Positions 49,970-63,532 of a DNA stretch of 64,000 bases are shown here, one piece after another; position 1 is the stretch's first letter; every line of letters begins with the position of its first letter. The translations under genes were made by a program, and so were the position numbers. The notes beneath the pieces are model-generated. The model had not been told where the DNA came from, did not search any database, and saw nothing but the letters and a program-made list of their open reading frames with translations. Source of the stretch: Bispira polyomma (Eukaryota); assembly GCA_965649765.1 (NCBI GenBank), contig OZ287754.1, forward strand, positions 17,360,001-17,424,000. Reading direction: 5' to 3'.

Positions 49970-50002
49970 AGATACCTTGTTTAATTTATTACAGTGGCAG
50001 CC

Positions 50003-50119
50003 ATGAAGTTGAATGAGATGAATACTCTTGGTGGTCCTGACAGTGATATAGAGATGAGTGATGCAGGGCAAGAGGATGATACATCGCTAGTGACTACAAG
50101 TGACGGAAGTTCTTCTGGG
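50003..50119 (+). CDS. PHRF1: PHRF1 first recognised coding exon (MKLNEMNTLGGPDSD...DGSSSG)
   Basis: ttacag acceptor at 49994, GCCATG start, gtaact donor, phase 0. Confidence 0.7.
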
Positions 50120-50787
50120 GTAACTACTAACTGCAATAAACCTAGGTTATCACATAGCTGATCTCCATAATCCAATGCCTGAAATTCGATTGCTGATGTA
50201 AATGGAAAACGAGTTAAACCAGTTGTTGGTTTTTTTATTGAATAAAAACTAACAACCTGTTAGGTATTTTGTAAACCAGTTTGTTGGTTTCATAATTAAT
50301 CTTAAAAGTTTGATTAAGTTTTTATCTTTTTCGGCACTTTTTTTTTGTGTGTGTGTGTGATTTGAGAATTTTCACTACATCAACTCAACATATTAAAGGA
50401 TCCGGGAACTTTGTTTAATTTGTATTCTTCTGCGTTTTCAAAAACAGGTTAACCAGTTAAATAAAATTCAAACCAACTGCAGCACTACAATTTTTGTTAC
50501 TGCTTTGCTGTTTATCTGTACTTGCTCTGGTATTTCCAAATAGGATTTGCGAAATGTGGGGTGTGGTGTACAGTACAAATGTACTTTTCTCACTCTAAGA
50601 CTGATTTAGTTCAGGAAACTAGAGACGTGTGAACCAGACAGTAAATTGAATAAAAATATTAAAAACATGACATGTCGTTTATAGTGCTACCATCGATGTA
50701 CCAGAACATTTCCAATTCAGTTTTGTTAAATTTGTGCCTTATAAAGACTTTTTAGTTGAGTAACTGGTTTTTGCGTTTATCTTTCAG

Positions 50788-50890
50788 AGTGAAGGAGAGA
50801 GCGATTCCTATGAGTCATCAACAGGAAGTGAAGGAGGGGAGAATGAGGACAGTTCAGAGGAGGAGGAGGGAAGTGGAGACGAGACTGAAG
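50788..50890 (+). CDS. PHRF1: PHRF1 exon (SEGESDSYESS...GSGDETE)
   Basis: tttcag acceptor, gttggt donor, 103 nt, acidic. Confidence 0.8.
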
Positions 50891-51421
50891 GTTGGTCTTA
50901 GTTAAAGGGTGATGGGGCCGCGGTGGTCTCGTGGCTAGAAGTAATGCGGCGAGACTGAAGGTTGGTCTTAGTTAAAGGATAATGGGTCCGCGGTGGTCTA
51001 GTGGTTAGAAGTAACGGGACGAGCCTGAAGGTTGGTCCTAGTTAAAGGGCGATAGGGCTAGAAGGGGATGAGACTAAAGGTTGGTCTTAGTTAAAGGGCG
51101 ATAGGGCGGCGGTGGTCTAGTGGCTAGAAGTAATGTGGCGAGACTGAAGGTTGGTCTTAGTTAAAGGGTGATGGGGCCACAGTGGTCTAGTGGCTAGAAG
51201 GGGACAAGACTAAAGGTTGGTTGTAGTTAAAGGGTGATGGGGCTGCAGTGGTCAAGTGGTTAGAAGTAAGGGGACGAGACTGAAGGTTGGTCGTAGTTAA
51301 AGGGTGATGGGGTCGCTGTGGTCTAGTGAGTGAGTACAGTTCAGAGGGGGAGGAGGGAAGTGGAGACGAGACTGAAGGTTGGTCTTAGTTAAAGGGTGAT
51401 GGGGCCGCGGTGGCCTAGTGG
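50849..51421. repeat. Tandem array (8 copies, about 50-90 bp) of exon end + donor + SINE-head sequence
   Basis: gagactgaag|gttggtcttagttaaagggtgatggggccgcggtggtctagtgg at 50881, 50951, 51021, 51070, 51140, 51206, 51276 and 51368. Confidence 0.93.
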
Positions 51422-52252
51422 CAACATTTTGCCTGACTGACGTGATTGAATAAAGATACCAGAATTATGAAGATATGGTCTTGGCCTTCAATACTGGTGT
51501 GACCATGGTGGCCTCTGGTGGTTAGAAGTAGAGATGATACGGTAGTCATAGGTTATCTGCAACATTTTGGCTGACTAACATGATCACATAAATATACCAG
51601 AATTTCGAAAATACAAAACAAGTAACAAACTTGAGCTATTGAATCATAAAAATAGGTTTTATCGTGGCCGACTATTGAAATATTTTCAGTTGTTTCTAGG
51701 CATTATGCACATGTTATTATGATTTGGTTATGATTATTTCCTGTTCTTGAGGGTGCAGTTGATTTTCTGCAATTTTTTTTTTTTTTTTTTTTTTTCGGAA
51801 TCAGAACGGTTTTTGACAAGCGATATCCCAGACACTGTCCACACTAGTTAGACGTGTCTGCTTTATAGTCACTTGTCTCTCGCCAATCTGGGTTCAAATC
51901 CCATTTTTTCATTCATGTGGGAAACTTTGTCAGGCTTTTGCCGTAGGTCAATGATTTGCAGTGCTTCAGCTCTGGTTCCTTGCATCATTGAATCTGGCCG
52001 TTGCGATATTTCCTAAGCAGGTAAAAGCGTCGTGAAAACCCCAACTAAATTCAAATTCTTAATTTAAGAGTGTAACAATTTTATAAGAAATCGATATATC
52101 CCAATTTATTTTTCTTAAAACAATGTAATACATATTGATACATCATACTTTTACAGTAAAATATTTAAACATTGATGTTTAGTATTTTAGAAATACAATG
52201 TCAGATACTGGGTTAGATATTTACAATCTCCTGTGTTCTGTGTACCTTGTAG

Positions 52253-52332
52253 AGTGGGAATCTGATGAAGAAGATGAAGGCATCTGTTCACAAGATGTGG
52301 AGGCTGACAAACCTGGGTCCTCCCAACCACAG
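52253..52332 (+). CDS. PHRF1: PHRF1 exon (EWESDEEDEGICSQDVEADKPGSSQPQ)
   Basis: ttgtag acceptor, gtacag donor, 80 nt, phase 1 to 0. Confidence 0.8.
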
Positions 52333-52848
52333 GTACAGTAAGAGAGCCACTCTTGTGGTAATACAGAGACAGTCAAACCTTAACAAGTAGAATTCTGTGA
52401 AGTCACTTTCTCCTTTATGTAGAGAAGTATCTGTAGTCCCGCCAAGGACTTTTCTGTTAAAATATACCCTGTTAATTGAAACTCCTGGTTAAATAGAGGT
52501 ATTTATCCTGGTCCCTGGAAGTTTGACTCCAAGGGGTTTTTAACTGTATACTATCGGATGTAGTGATGCAGTATTGGGGTGATGCATATATGCAGTAGAA
52601 CCATCTATTGTCAAAACTTGTTGGGATAGGAAAAGTTTCTCCCAGTTGAATCTGGCCACCGTGATATGACCTAAGCTGTTGAAAGGGACGTTCGACCCAA
52701 ATAAATTTAAAATTCTCCCTAGAGATAGGGCTCTTCGACAGTGATTTAAGAAATGCCCGATTTGTCTACTGTTTTCTTCTCTTGTCCTTATGTTAAGTTC
52801 ATAATAGTTTAGTTTCTGATTTATGTTGTTTCTCATTTCCGCCTCTAG

Positions 52849-52989
52849 ATGGAGCTTTCAGACAGCAGTGATGGGGATGAGTACGAGAAATGCCCTATTT
52901 GTCTACTGAAGCTCAAGAACCAGAATGTAGGGGCACCCGAGTCATGTGACCATAATTTCTGTCTCGAGTGCATCGTTGAGTGGTCTCAG
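52849..52989 (+). CDS. PHRF1: PHRF1 RING exon
   Basis: ctctag acceptor, gttagt donor, 141 nt, RING Cys/His pattern. Confidence 0.92.
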
Positions 52990-53009
52990 GTTAGTAAAAT
53001 CTTGGGAAT

Positions 53010-53410
53010 CTTGATAGATTTAGGAGGATACAATGGGAGCATTCATTATCTCAATAGACTTACGAGGATACAGTGGGAGCATTTATTATCTTGATAAATT
53101 TAGGAGGATACAGTGAGAGCATTCAGTATCTTAAATTTAGGAGGATACTCTGGGAGCATTCATTATCTCAATAATTTATAGGAGAATACAGTAGGAGCAT
53201 TCATTATCTTGGTTAATTTGGGGGGATACAGTGGAACATTCATTATCTCGATAAACTTGGGAAGATACACTAGGAGAATTTATTTTCTTGTTAAATTTCG
53301 GATGATACCGTGAGAACATTCATTATCTGGTTAAATTTAGGAGGATACAGTGGGAACATTCATTATCTCGATAAATTTTTGAGTATACAGTTGGAGCATT
53401 TATTGTCTAG
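53010..53410. repeat. About 41-bp minisatellite; second array at 53720-53945
   Basis: Unit gataaatttaggaggatacagtgggagcattcattatctt, about 10 plus about 5 copies. Confidence 0.9.
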
Positions 53411-53630
53411 AACATTATCTTTAATTTATTGGTAGAATTAGAAAAGTGAAACCAAATTATATAACTATGTAATAATCAAAGACTTAAAAACAAACCAAAT
53501 TATAGTTAGGCCATAGTTACACATTAGATGCAACAAAATTGTTTTTTCATTTTCACAATGGTAACATTTAATTTTATTTGTAATAATAATGTTTTATTTT
53601 AGTCCGAAAACTATTGTTTGGATATTTCAG

Positions 53631-53714
53631 AATGTCAACACGTGTCCCATTGACCGACAGGTGTTTAACCTAATTCTGGCGAAGCATTCAGTGGATGGAG
53701 TCGTCTACAAACGA
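53631..53714 (+). CDS. PHRF1: PHRF1 exon completing the RING (NVNTCPIDRQVFNLILAKHSVDGVVYKR)
   Basis: tttcag acceptor, gtaagg donor, 84 nt. Confidence 0.92.
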
Positions 53715-55689
53715 GTAAGGCTACAGCGGGAGTATTTATTACCTTGATAAATTTAGTGAGAATACAGTAGGAGCATTCATTGTCTTGATAAATTTAGAAG
53801 GATACAGTGGGAGCATTCATTATCTTAAATTTAGGAGAATACTCTGGGAGCATTCATTATCTCAATAAATTTAGGAGGATGCAGTAGGAGCATTCATTAT
53901 CTTGGTTAATAATTTGGGGAAATAGATTGGAACATTCATAATCTCAAGTATTATAAAACTGACTATAAGTGGTTAGAAGCATTAGCTTTATAATAACCGG
54001 TTGCTCACCAATATGGAAAGTTTGTCAGGTACTTGCAGGGCTTTATCACTTGTTTCTTTCACCAATAAGTTTGACCGTCATGATCTGACCTAAGCTGTTT
54101 AAAAGCGATGAAAAATCCAACTAAATTCAAACACTAGAATCCACTGGACACAACTGCACAGCCTTATTTAAAGTAGTTCTTCCTCTTATCACAGTATAAG
54201 AATTCAATGTTATATACTCAAGGATAATCGAACATGGCCGCCCCCTGTCTAATGTATTCTAGAATTGTTTCGTAAATCTTGCTTCCCCCATAAGATTTGA
54301 TTAAAGAGATTATTTTGTACTAAATGTGAGCATTGGTATCTTCCACACATTAAAGGGAAATATGACTTTGAACAGAGTTCTTCTAAAAGGGCAGCGAGTG
54401 GTTTTACTACTGTCCCCATTGGCCGCTGCCACTAACTTCTGGTGAGGTCCAGTAAGTTTTGTTTACCTTTTCCACCAAGCAATGTAAAAAGCAACTGATT
54501 TTGTGATAGGTGTCCACACATAATTTTAAAGGGTCCAATAACCTTTTTAGTAGATTGGCCAATCAAGGCCAATCTACTTATAATATTATGGAGATGATGT
54601 AGCCTGGATACTGGGATAGGACAAGCAAATATCAGAGACTGTTGCCATTGGAGCGCTGAAACTCGGCATATATATAGATTATGTGTTCTCGAAGTTGCAA
54701 CTTTTTTTTTTGGTACATTTGGTGCTTATCTTTAAGGAATTATTGCCGTTTTTTGTATTCGGATTTATTCAGCCTGCCTGTTGCTATGAAAAAAATAATT
54801 GGCAGTTTTTTTTCCTGATATATCTTTGCCGAGTGTTTCCCGCCAACTCTCCGTCCAGTAATTAATTCTGACGTGTGCATGGGGAGGAGCTTATTGATGT
54901 AGGTTATATAACGACTGATTGTTGTCAGTCAGATACGAGTGCTAGATTTACAAAAATTAACAAAGTTACTGAAGCTACAATTTTAAGATTAATATATCCA
55001 TAAAAAGTAATTTAAACACTTTCTAAAACGTTTACAAATTGAAATTCTGTCTGATATTTACTGATATATAGCCATTTTAAAATAGATATACTTGCCATTA
55101 AACATAACCAGTGGAATTACGAATCTTAGCTGAATTTATTATTTTGCCGACAATATGCAAAAATAATACACCCCCACAGTTTTTTTACGACAGATGACTT
55201 CATGTCCACATAATTATTAGCCCCGGAAATCAGGTAATCATGAAACTGTTTTCTCTGACATTATTAAAGATACAAATCTGGTTTGGGTATCATTAGAAAC
55301 CTTTCATTATGTATTTTTCAAAAGTGTTCATACAATCATATTATATGGACCATCAGTAGATATATTTTGTGTTGAATTTTTTGTATATTTCCAGAATTAA
55401 TAGGAAAAATATGTTTTAAAAATATGGTTCCATAGAAATCATAACAAAAATAATTAAAACTAGAAAAATAATTATAACCAGTGTTATAATATTATCATCA
55501 AGATAAATTAACTTGAAATATTCGGTGTACACCTATATATTGTCTTTTGGTAAATGTGTACAGTACTACCACATGTAATTAAGTCCTACTCACTATTACT
55601 TTTCAATAAAAGTTGGAAATCACTCGAAGCTTGTTTTAGAGAAATTGACTGGTGACCAAAAATGCAGAAATGAAAGAAAAAAGCAAAAA

Positions 55690-58660
55690 AAAAGCTCCAC
55701 CAATTTTTTTAAATTGAAGTATAAAACAGTCCCTCTAGATACCACAACATTAAAATGGTAGGTGTCTTTCAGCAATCAAAGTATTAGTAAACATTACATG
55801 TATTTTATTCAAATAACACTGTAAAAAAACTACAATAATTTTAATTTCATATGATATGTCTACAAGATTTGTGGGATTTTTACTCACTGAGAAAATAATT
55901 TTGATGTATCAATTGGCTTTTAAAATGGTGCTATTTCCAGATGTACATTGTAGGTCTACATATACACTTTGTTGTCAATAGCTGTCAAGATTTGTAGGAT
56001 TTTTACTTACTGAGATAATACATTTTTATGTATTAAATTTGCTCTTGAAATGGTGATCTTTCAACATTTACATGGTAGGTCGACATATACACTTGAACTT
56101 TGAAATAATTGTCATGCACTATTGCATTCATTAAATTCCAACACAATATGTGTGGGAAGATTTGTGGGGTTTTTAGTTTCTGAAACCATACAGGTGCATC
56201 TTCTGGGCAGCTTCAATAGATCTGATGTGAGACAACAGTGTCTTATTTTCTACTGGTACCTCACAGACCAACACCTCCTTCCAAGAAGTGAAGAGCTGTC
56301 ACATGGAAAATACAGAAGAGTGTTTCTTGATCACTCGAATAACACTTTAATGATAACTTAGTTATACACTGCAACTATTTATTTCCACACAATAAACACC
56401 TTAAAACTCACTTAGATATACACTGCAAGACAACACAATATATTTCTACACCAAAATAGGATTTCAAAAACTCAGATGTACTGACCACCATTTTTCACAA
56501 GTTGCAATTGATTTAAATATCGCAGAAGAGAAGCTATTGTGTTTAAATGATCTTGAATGGCCAGATTCTATATGTACCAAACCTAAATTGGGATCTTATA
56601 TTTAATATAAACCTCATAGCTCTACAGAAGAATATACATTGAACAATTTTTACAGAAATAAAAGGTCTCTCATTGTCCACTTAACATCTGGAATACTGCC
56701 TCTAGCCATAAAAACTAGGAGATACCAGAAAAAAGGGTTTTGTCAAATACTATATACTTTGTGTAATTTTATTTATTACCTTATTAATAACTGAGATTTA
56801 CACTGCAACTATATATTCCCACACACAAAAGAAACACTTCAAAAACTCACTTTGATATACACGGAAGGACACTACACAACATTTTTCAACACCAAAATAG
56901 CATTTCAAAACTCAGATATACTGTCTACCGTTTTAACAAAGAACTATAGATTGTCCCCTCAATGTACACAGAAAAACTCAAAACAAAACCTAAAGTTCCA
57001 ACAAAATTCAGGTATACACATAAATAGATCACACAGAATATCTCTCCAATACCCTTTCACCATGTGTCACACAATGCAACTGATGACACTGTAAGAAAAA
57101 CGGTTTTATAGCTACGAGAAATTGCCTATTGTCAAAAAAAGATTAGCATAGTTCAAAATGTTGACACATGCTCACACAGGCCACACCAATTACCTGACCT
57201 ACATAGTTAATTGTAATCGATTGCAAGAAATAATGTCATATCTACTAGTTCAGGCAATCACTGTAGTCTCATCTTAAATGAAAAATAGTATTTAATGATG
57301 TGTTAATATATGCCATTATAGTATTCAAAGCTTATTGGGATTTACACCAAAAAAATACATGTGTATCTTCTGGGCAGCTTCAATAGACCTGCTGTGAGAC
57401 AACAGTGTCTGACTCTCAGCTGGTACCTCACAGACTAACACCTCCTTCCAGGAAGTGAAGAGCTGCCCCATGGGAAATACAGAAGAGTATTTCTTGATCA
57501 CTTGAATAACACTTTAACGATAACTTAGATGTACACTGCAGCTTTATATCTCCACACACAAAAAAAACAACCTTAAAAACTAACTTAGAAGCTCCACCTA
57601 TTTTCTTTAATCCAAGTATAAAACAGTCCCTCCAGACACCAGAACATTAAAATAGTATGTCTCTATGCGAGTATAACATGTATTTTATTCAAATAACACT
57701 CTAAAAAACTATAATAATTATTTGAATTTAACATAATATATCTACAAGTTTTTTGGGGTTTTTACTCACTGAGAAAATAATTTTGATGTATTTATTGGCT
57801 TTTAAAATGGTGCTATTTCCAGATGTACATTGTAGGTCTATGTATGCACTTGATCAATTTTTGTCAATAGTTGTCATTATTCCATTTAATAAATTCAACT
57901 AGATGATTGTAGGGTACTTAGTTACTGAAATATTCTATATCTTTCAGACAGCTTCAATAGATCTGCTGGTCACATCTTAAATAAAAATTGTTTTTTAATG
58001 ATGTATTAATACATGCCACTATAGTATTCAAAGCTCATTGGGATTTACACAAGGTGCAAAGCAATTTAGATAGTTACCCTGATTTGGATTTTTACTAATA
58101 ATGCATTGAAGGGGCAAGGTCTATGTGACTGACAACATGTGCTCCTTTCAAATGTGCTATTAAGCTCTTCTAGGTTAGTGAGATAATACATTTTATGGAT
58201 TAAACTACAATAATTTTAATTTAACATGATATATCTACAAGATTTTTAATATTTTTACTTACTGAAATAATATATTTTTATGTTTATTTTTATCATTAAA
58301 ATAAAGATGGTCACAAAGTGCGATCTTTTTTTGCAACACCATTTGTGTGGAATATTTATGGGGTTTTTAGTTTCTGAAACATTTACAGGTGTATCTTCTG
58401 AGCAGCTTCAATAGATCTGCTGTGAGACAACAGTGTCTTATTTTCTGCTGGTACCTCACAGACTAATACCTCCTTCCAAGTAATAAAGAGCTGCCCCATG
58501 TAAATCACAGAAGAGTATTTCTTGATCACTTGAATAACACTTTAATGATAACTTAGTTATACACTGCAACTGTATCCACACACCAAAAAAACACCTCAAA
58601 AACTCACTTAGATATACATTGCAAGAGATTACACAATATATTTGTGCACCAAAATAGTAT
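55690..58660. repeat. Patchwork of local duplications in the 9-kb PHRF1 intron
   Basis: 55693-55960 resembles 57589-57880; 56145-56460 resembles 57357-57590 and 58345-58660. Confidence 0.8.
56525..56732 (+). mobile_element. LINE ORF2 C-terminal fragment
   Basis: KPKLGSYI*YK..EEY..RNKRSLIVHLTSGILPLAIKTRRY resembles the KPKLRTY...RS..LR.G.LPL.IETGRY motif. Confidence 0.65.
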
Positions 58661-61228
58661 TTTACATTATTTTAGTTTCAACCTACCAGAGTGGTATATG
58701 ACACTAGTGGAGATCAAAAATCTTGAGTAATTTTATTATCTTTGCTATTTAAACGGCTAGAATTTTTTTGGGGGTTATTATTATTATTAGCAGGTGCTCG
58801 CTACAGTATAAAATATAACATGCAAAATATAATTGTCATGTATATGTAAGTCCTCCACCTAATTGGGGTGAAAACATTATGCACCTAATTTATTGGAGAT
58901 GTATGGAAGTAAAGCCGTGTATTCGTAGGATATTGGAAAAAATACAGTTAGTAAGTTATTTTGTTTACTTACAGTAAACTTCCACAGAATAATTTAATAA
59001 CAAGTTTTAAGTAGGTAATTCCCTGGGTATACCCAAATTCTGCAGATTTAAAAAGAAGTTCCGTTCATATCTTAAATCAAATAAAATATCTGAAGCTTCA
59101 ATAGGACAAATCTTCAATTTTCGCCTACTTGTATCGGATCCGTTTTTAAAAACTTAAATACTACAGCATTCATTGTGTGATTCATTTACCCTTGTGCTAC
59201 TGATTACAAAAGTGAAAGAATTTTCAAAATCGGACCATTATTAAGGGAGATATGACCATTGAAAGTTTTTATACACAGTCTGTACATGGACACAAATGAC
59301 GAAAAGAATAGTTATGGCCCAAAAGTTATACAAAGTGGCTGGGGTACGGTGATTTACAGTACTCTAGAAGAAATACTACAGTACAATTATTGATTTCCCT
59401 GGATTACCAGATCAAGTCTGTGACCACAAACAATTTCATAAGTTTTAACAAAGAGCTTTAAGTCACGGTAGCATGTAAACCGAGTTTTCTGCCCGCGAAA
59501 ATGCTTTGATTTAATGACATACGCTTGTCTAGGGACAGAGTTTCTTACTATAGCAAATTGTTGTAAATGTGTAATGGCACATATAACAGACAAAAGGAAT
59601 CATTTTCTTATGTAGTTTGTGGTTATATTGATTCATCCAATAGCCACAATATTATAACTTACAGCCAACCTAAAAGTACTTCATTAATAAAATACAATGA
59701 TTTGAAAAAATTGACGTATATTTCCCGTTGTATAGTATATAGTAAACTGCCGTGTTAGATCCACAATGATATGCTATAGTAGACTACTCTGTCCCTCGTG
59801 GTGCTGTTAGTAAATCAAAGCATCAGCGAGGACTGAAAACTCGGTCTAGGTAGCATGGATTAAAGTTTTACCTTTCTTCCACGGCTCCGATAATAATAAT
59901 ATTATTAAAGCAAATGTATATCTACCCACGTCTATTCTATTGATTGGGGAAGTGAAGCACGTGTATATAAGCGACAATGAAAGAATTTGATGCAAATTAG
60001 GCAATCTATCACTTACTTCCATATAAGGATATTTAGGCCGGATATTTAACTGTTTCTGATCTTTGACTCGGCAGTAATCGCTAACATATATTACCTTATA
60101 GCTTGTCTTTCATTATGTAGCATACAGTAAAAATGGCAGATATAATTAAAAAAAAAAATGGGTCGAAGGATATTTTTTATTAAAACTTAAATATTTTAAC
60201 CATTTTCTTACAGCTTTTGATGAAACAAAAAGCACAATAATGCCAATAAAATAGTTTATTCTATCTTTATAGTGAACTAAAACATAATTTTAGGTTGAAC
60301 CTAAAAAAAAGAGGGTCGAACGATCTGAGGAAAAACAGGTCGAAACGTTGTGAAGGTCAAGAGATCTGGATATCTTTTCCTGCCTCTTATTGTCTTTACA
60401 AGGTACATACTATACCTCGGACAAAACGCCCTGGTCCAGGGCTGTCAGAATAGAGCGGCAGGGCATAAAAATTCTAAAACTTTATAATGATTAAATGGCT
60501 GTATCCAAATGAATACTCCACCAAAAATATTGGTCTTGGTACCAACAGTAAGCTGTTTTAATGTACCTTATGGTAGGTTTATCAAATTCTAATAAAATGT
60601 AATGATTATGAACATATTTTTTAAGTTGGACTGTATCTCCCCACTTCTGCAGGGCGTTTTTTTTTCCAGGGCGTATTTTTCAAGGGCGTTTTCTTCCTGT
60701 TACATTCCAACTCCATCACACTAACTTCAAAGCTTGTAACTTTCTTAATAATGATGTGTTTTTCAAATTTAAAAAGCAGTTTCATCATTGAAGCTGACAA
60801 CAAATATATTGAATTTGTGAAACAACAAACTTTAGTTTTTTATATTACATTAATCAAATTTATAATTCTTGATAATCATAATAAATGCATTTAAGAAAGT
60901 CCAAATTCATGCAATTAATAATAATGTGTTTAATCATTTGATTTAAATTTGGTGAAATCTATCGGAAGGTATATAACAAGAAATTTTTGGTGATACTAAA
61001 ACAAAAATTTTAGGTAAGTATTCATCTAGATACAGCTCTGTAACCAGTTTAAATTTCCAAAGCGTTTTTCCTCCAGGGTGTTTTTTTCCCCCGAGTCTAT
61101 TCCAAATCCAAGTGATATTCGAGGTGTAGTATGTACCTCTTTAAAAGGGAAAAGTGCGGTAAAATAAAAAAAAATCCCTGTGCCATAAGTTCAAATTAAT
61201 TCCCTGTGTCATAACTTCAAATTAATTA

Positions 61229-62036
61229 AATTTATTGAAGTGACTATTATACCGTCGTAGTCGGCATTTTAACTCCCAAGGTATTTTGCCGACAATCGAC
61301 TTTTTGGGTCAATTTTGTGTCTTCATGAGAATAAATTAGCCTTACTCCCTGCTCTACTTTCATGGACAAAAACAACGAAAACTATTCATCGATGAAACAG
61401 CTGATGAGATCACCTAATTTATTCCATGAATTTCGCCATTAATATCCGTTATATTTTGGTATAGCTATTGACATGCTTGCCAAGTATAAGGTAAGTAAAA
61501 ATTTTAGCTGCCGTATATGGATGTTGGTATTTCTGGGTGCTCTCCCATAGTAGGGGTGGGACGGTGCAAAATAATTGCTTCAAGTGCTCGTGTTCGGAAA
61601 CCTGACTCGAATTCGGGTACTCGCGAGTTTCAGTATTAACTATATGGAAACCCCAAACAAATATGACCGTTTCCCGTAGCGATGTTTTTGTAAAAAACGT
61701 CTGATATTTTAAAACATATATAGGAATATGGAATGAAATGTAGGTTATTTGACTAAATCTAAAATTTTATTCGATGTAACCAGGCCAAAATGTGCAAATG
61801 TTAATATTTTATGGATCTTTTATATTGTGTGAGCAATAATTAACTGTATTAACGAGTGGCATACATCCCGACAAACAATAAAAAAAATGTAAGGATTCAG
61901 CAAATTTATTTTCGGTGACTGAATTGTCAACAAAATAGCAAATTCAGCTTATATTTGTAATGTTACTGACTGGCGGCAAAATATCTTGGGAGTTAAAATG
62001 CCAACTATGTCGGTATAATAGTCTCCTCGTAAATTT
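61229..62036. mobile_element. About 800-bp MITE with about 65-bp TIRs
   Basis: gactattataccgtcgtagtcggcattttaactcccaaggtattttgccg is inverted at 61973-62023. Confidence 0.75.
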
Positions 62037-62668
62037 ATTGGCCTAACAATACTATAAGTTCTTTGTTTGCCCATGTACAAATACATAGATATTTTTTTCG
62101 AAAACAAAATAATCTTTTTTAAAAAAATGTATATTTAATGTTAATATAAATAAATTTCACACATTACATATCAATATGTATTTTTGTTTTATCTGTCAAC
62201 CTGTCTACCTATAAAAACAAGTCGTCAGTGAATGGAAGGTAATTTACAGATGTAAATATTTTTTTGTGGACAAAAAGTGATTTGTTTACAGATATAAATG
62301 TTTGATCATAGTTCACTGTATTTTCGACCTATTAAAGAAATAATTAATCCTTATGGTTTTGTCGGCCGTTTTAGAATATTAAGGTATATGAAGTGCCATT
62401 AGTATATTTTTGTAATTTTGTTAAGTAAGATCTATGTTTAAAACAATGATTCATTCTTCATTATTGGTAGAAACGTCAAATGAGCCGAAAATATGATTAT
62501 TGACCATATATTATTTTGCAGACAGAATTTTTTTATCTGAAATCTAGTTGATAAAATAGATAATACTTTATTTGTCATCTGTCGTCATAATAGCTTCATC
62601 GTATTAAACAAGTACTGAGTGAGACAATCTACATGTGGCCCTATGGGCCACTCTTATCTTGTTCCATG

Positions 62669-62740
62669 GGTTACTGGAGTCAAGGTTACCGGAGTCAAGG
62701 TTACTGGAGTCAAGGTTACTGGAGTCAAGGTTACTGGAGT
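62669..62740. repeat. 15-bp tandem repeat x about 5
   Basis: Unit ggttactggagtcaa. Confidence 0.9.
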
Positions 62741-62853
62741 CCAGTAACTGGACCTATAGTCTACCAACTTTGCTGGCGAAAATCTCGCACTGTTAAAAGA
62801 GGTGTTACTCTAGTTTAAATTTGTGAATAATAATTGTGTCGGCCATCTTGTAG

Positions 62854-63073
62854 ATCCCCGTCCAAGACAAGCAGTTGGCAGAGCCCGAGAATCCCTATGA
62901 TGACAGTTCTCACTGTGAGGTGTGTGGCCGTGGTGACCGTGAGGACCGCCTGTTGCTATGTGACGGCTGTGACCTGGCCTACCACTTGGAGTGCCTCACT
63001 CCACCGCTGTCAAGGGTGCCGGCAGGAGAGTGGTTCTGTACTGACTGTCGCAGGCTTGAGGTCCATAGAATAG
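62854..63073 (+). CDS. PHRF1: PHRF1 PHD-finger exon
   Basis: ttgtag acceptor, gtaaga donor, 220 nt, C4HC3 PHD pattern. Confidence 0.93.
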
Positions 63074-63532
63074 GTAAGAAAGGGAGAGAGAAACTACTCA
63101 AAAGTACTTGCAGGGTGTCTTCAGGGAGATTCTCAACAAGCTTTTAAATATCAAGTAAGGCCAGGGATTGCAATTTACACAGTGTTTTGAAATTGGTAGC
63201 AAAAGTGAAGCATGCTTACTTACTAATGGAAGCAGTATATATCACAACATATTTAAATCGAAATATACATAGGACTGAGAAAACTCAAAATTTTAACAGT
63301 AGATTCAGGTTACGAAATACTCTTCCAAATTTTCTCCTTCCCTAATATTTGATCTAGAAATGCCTCTTCTATTTTAAGAACTTTCTATTTTCCACACACA
63401 CCCAATCTTTCTCCACTCCATCATGTTTGTATAATAGAAGGTTTTACTGTATCTGATTTATCTCACAGAGTACAGTAGCGCCCCCGACATGTTTGTATAA
63501 TAGAAGGTGTCACTGTATTTCCTTTATCTCAC

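Noticed and set aside
62633-62818. GYWSQ-repeat ORF
   Set aside because: 15-bp tandem repeat in a PHRF1 intron with no splice support.
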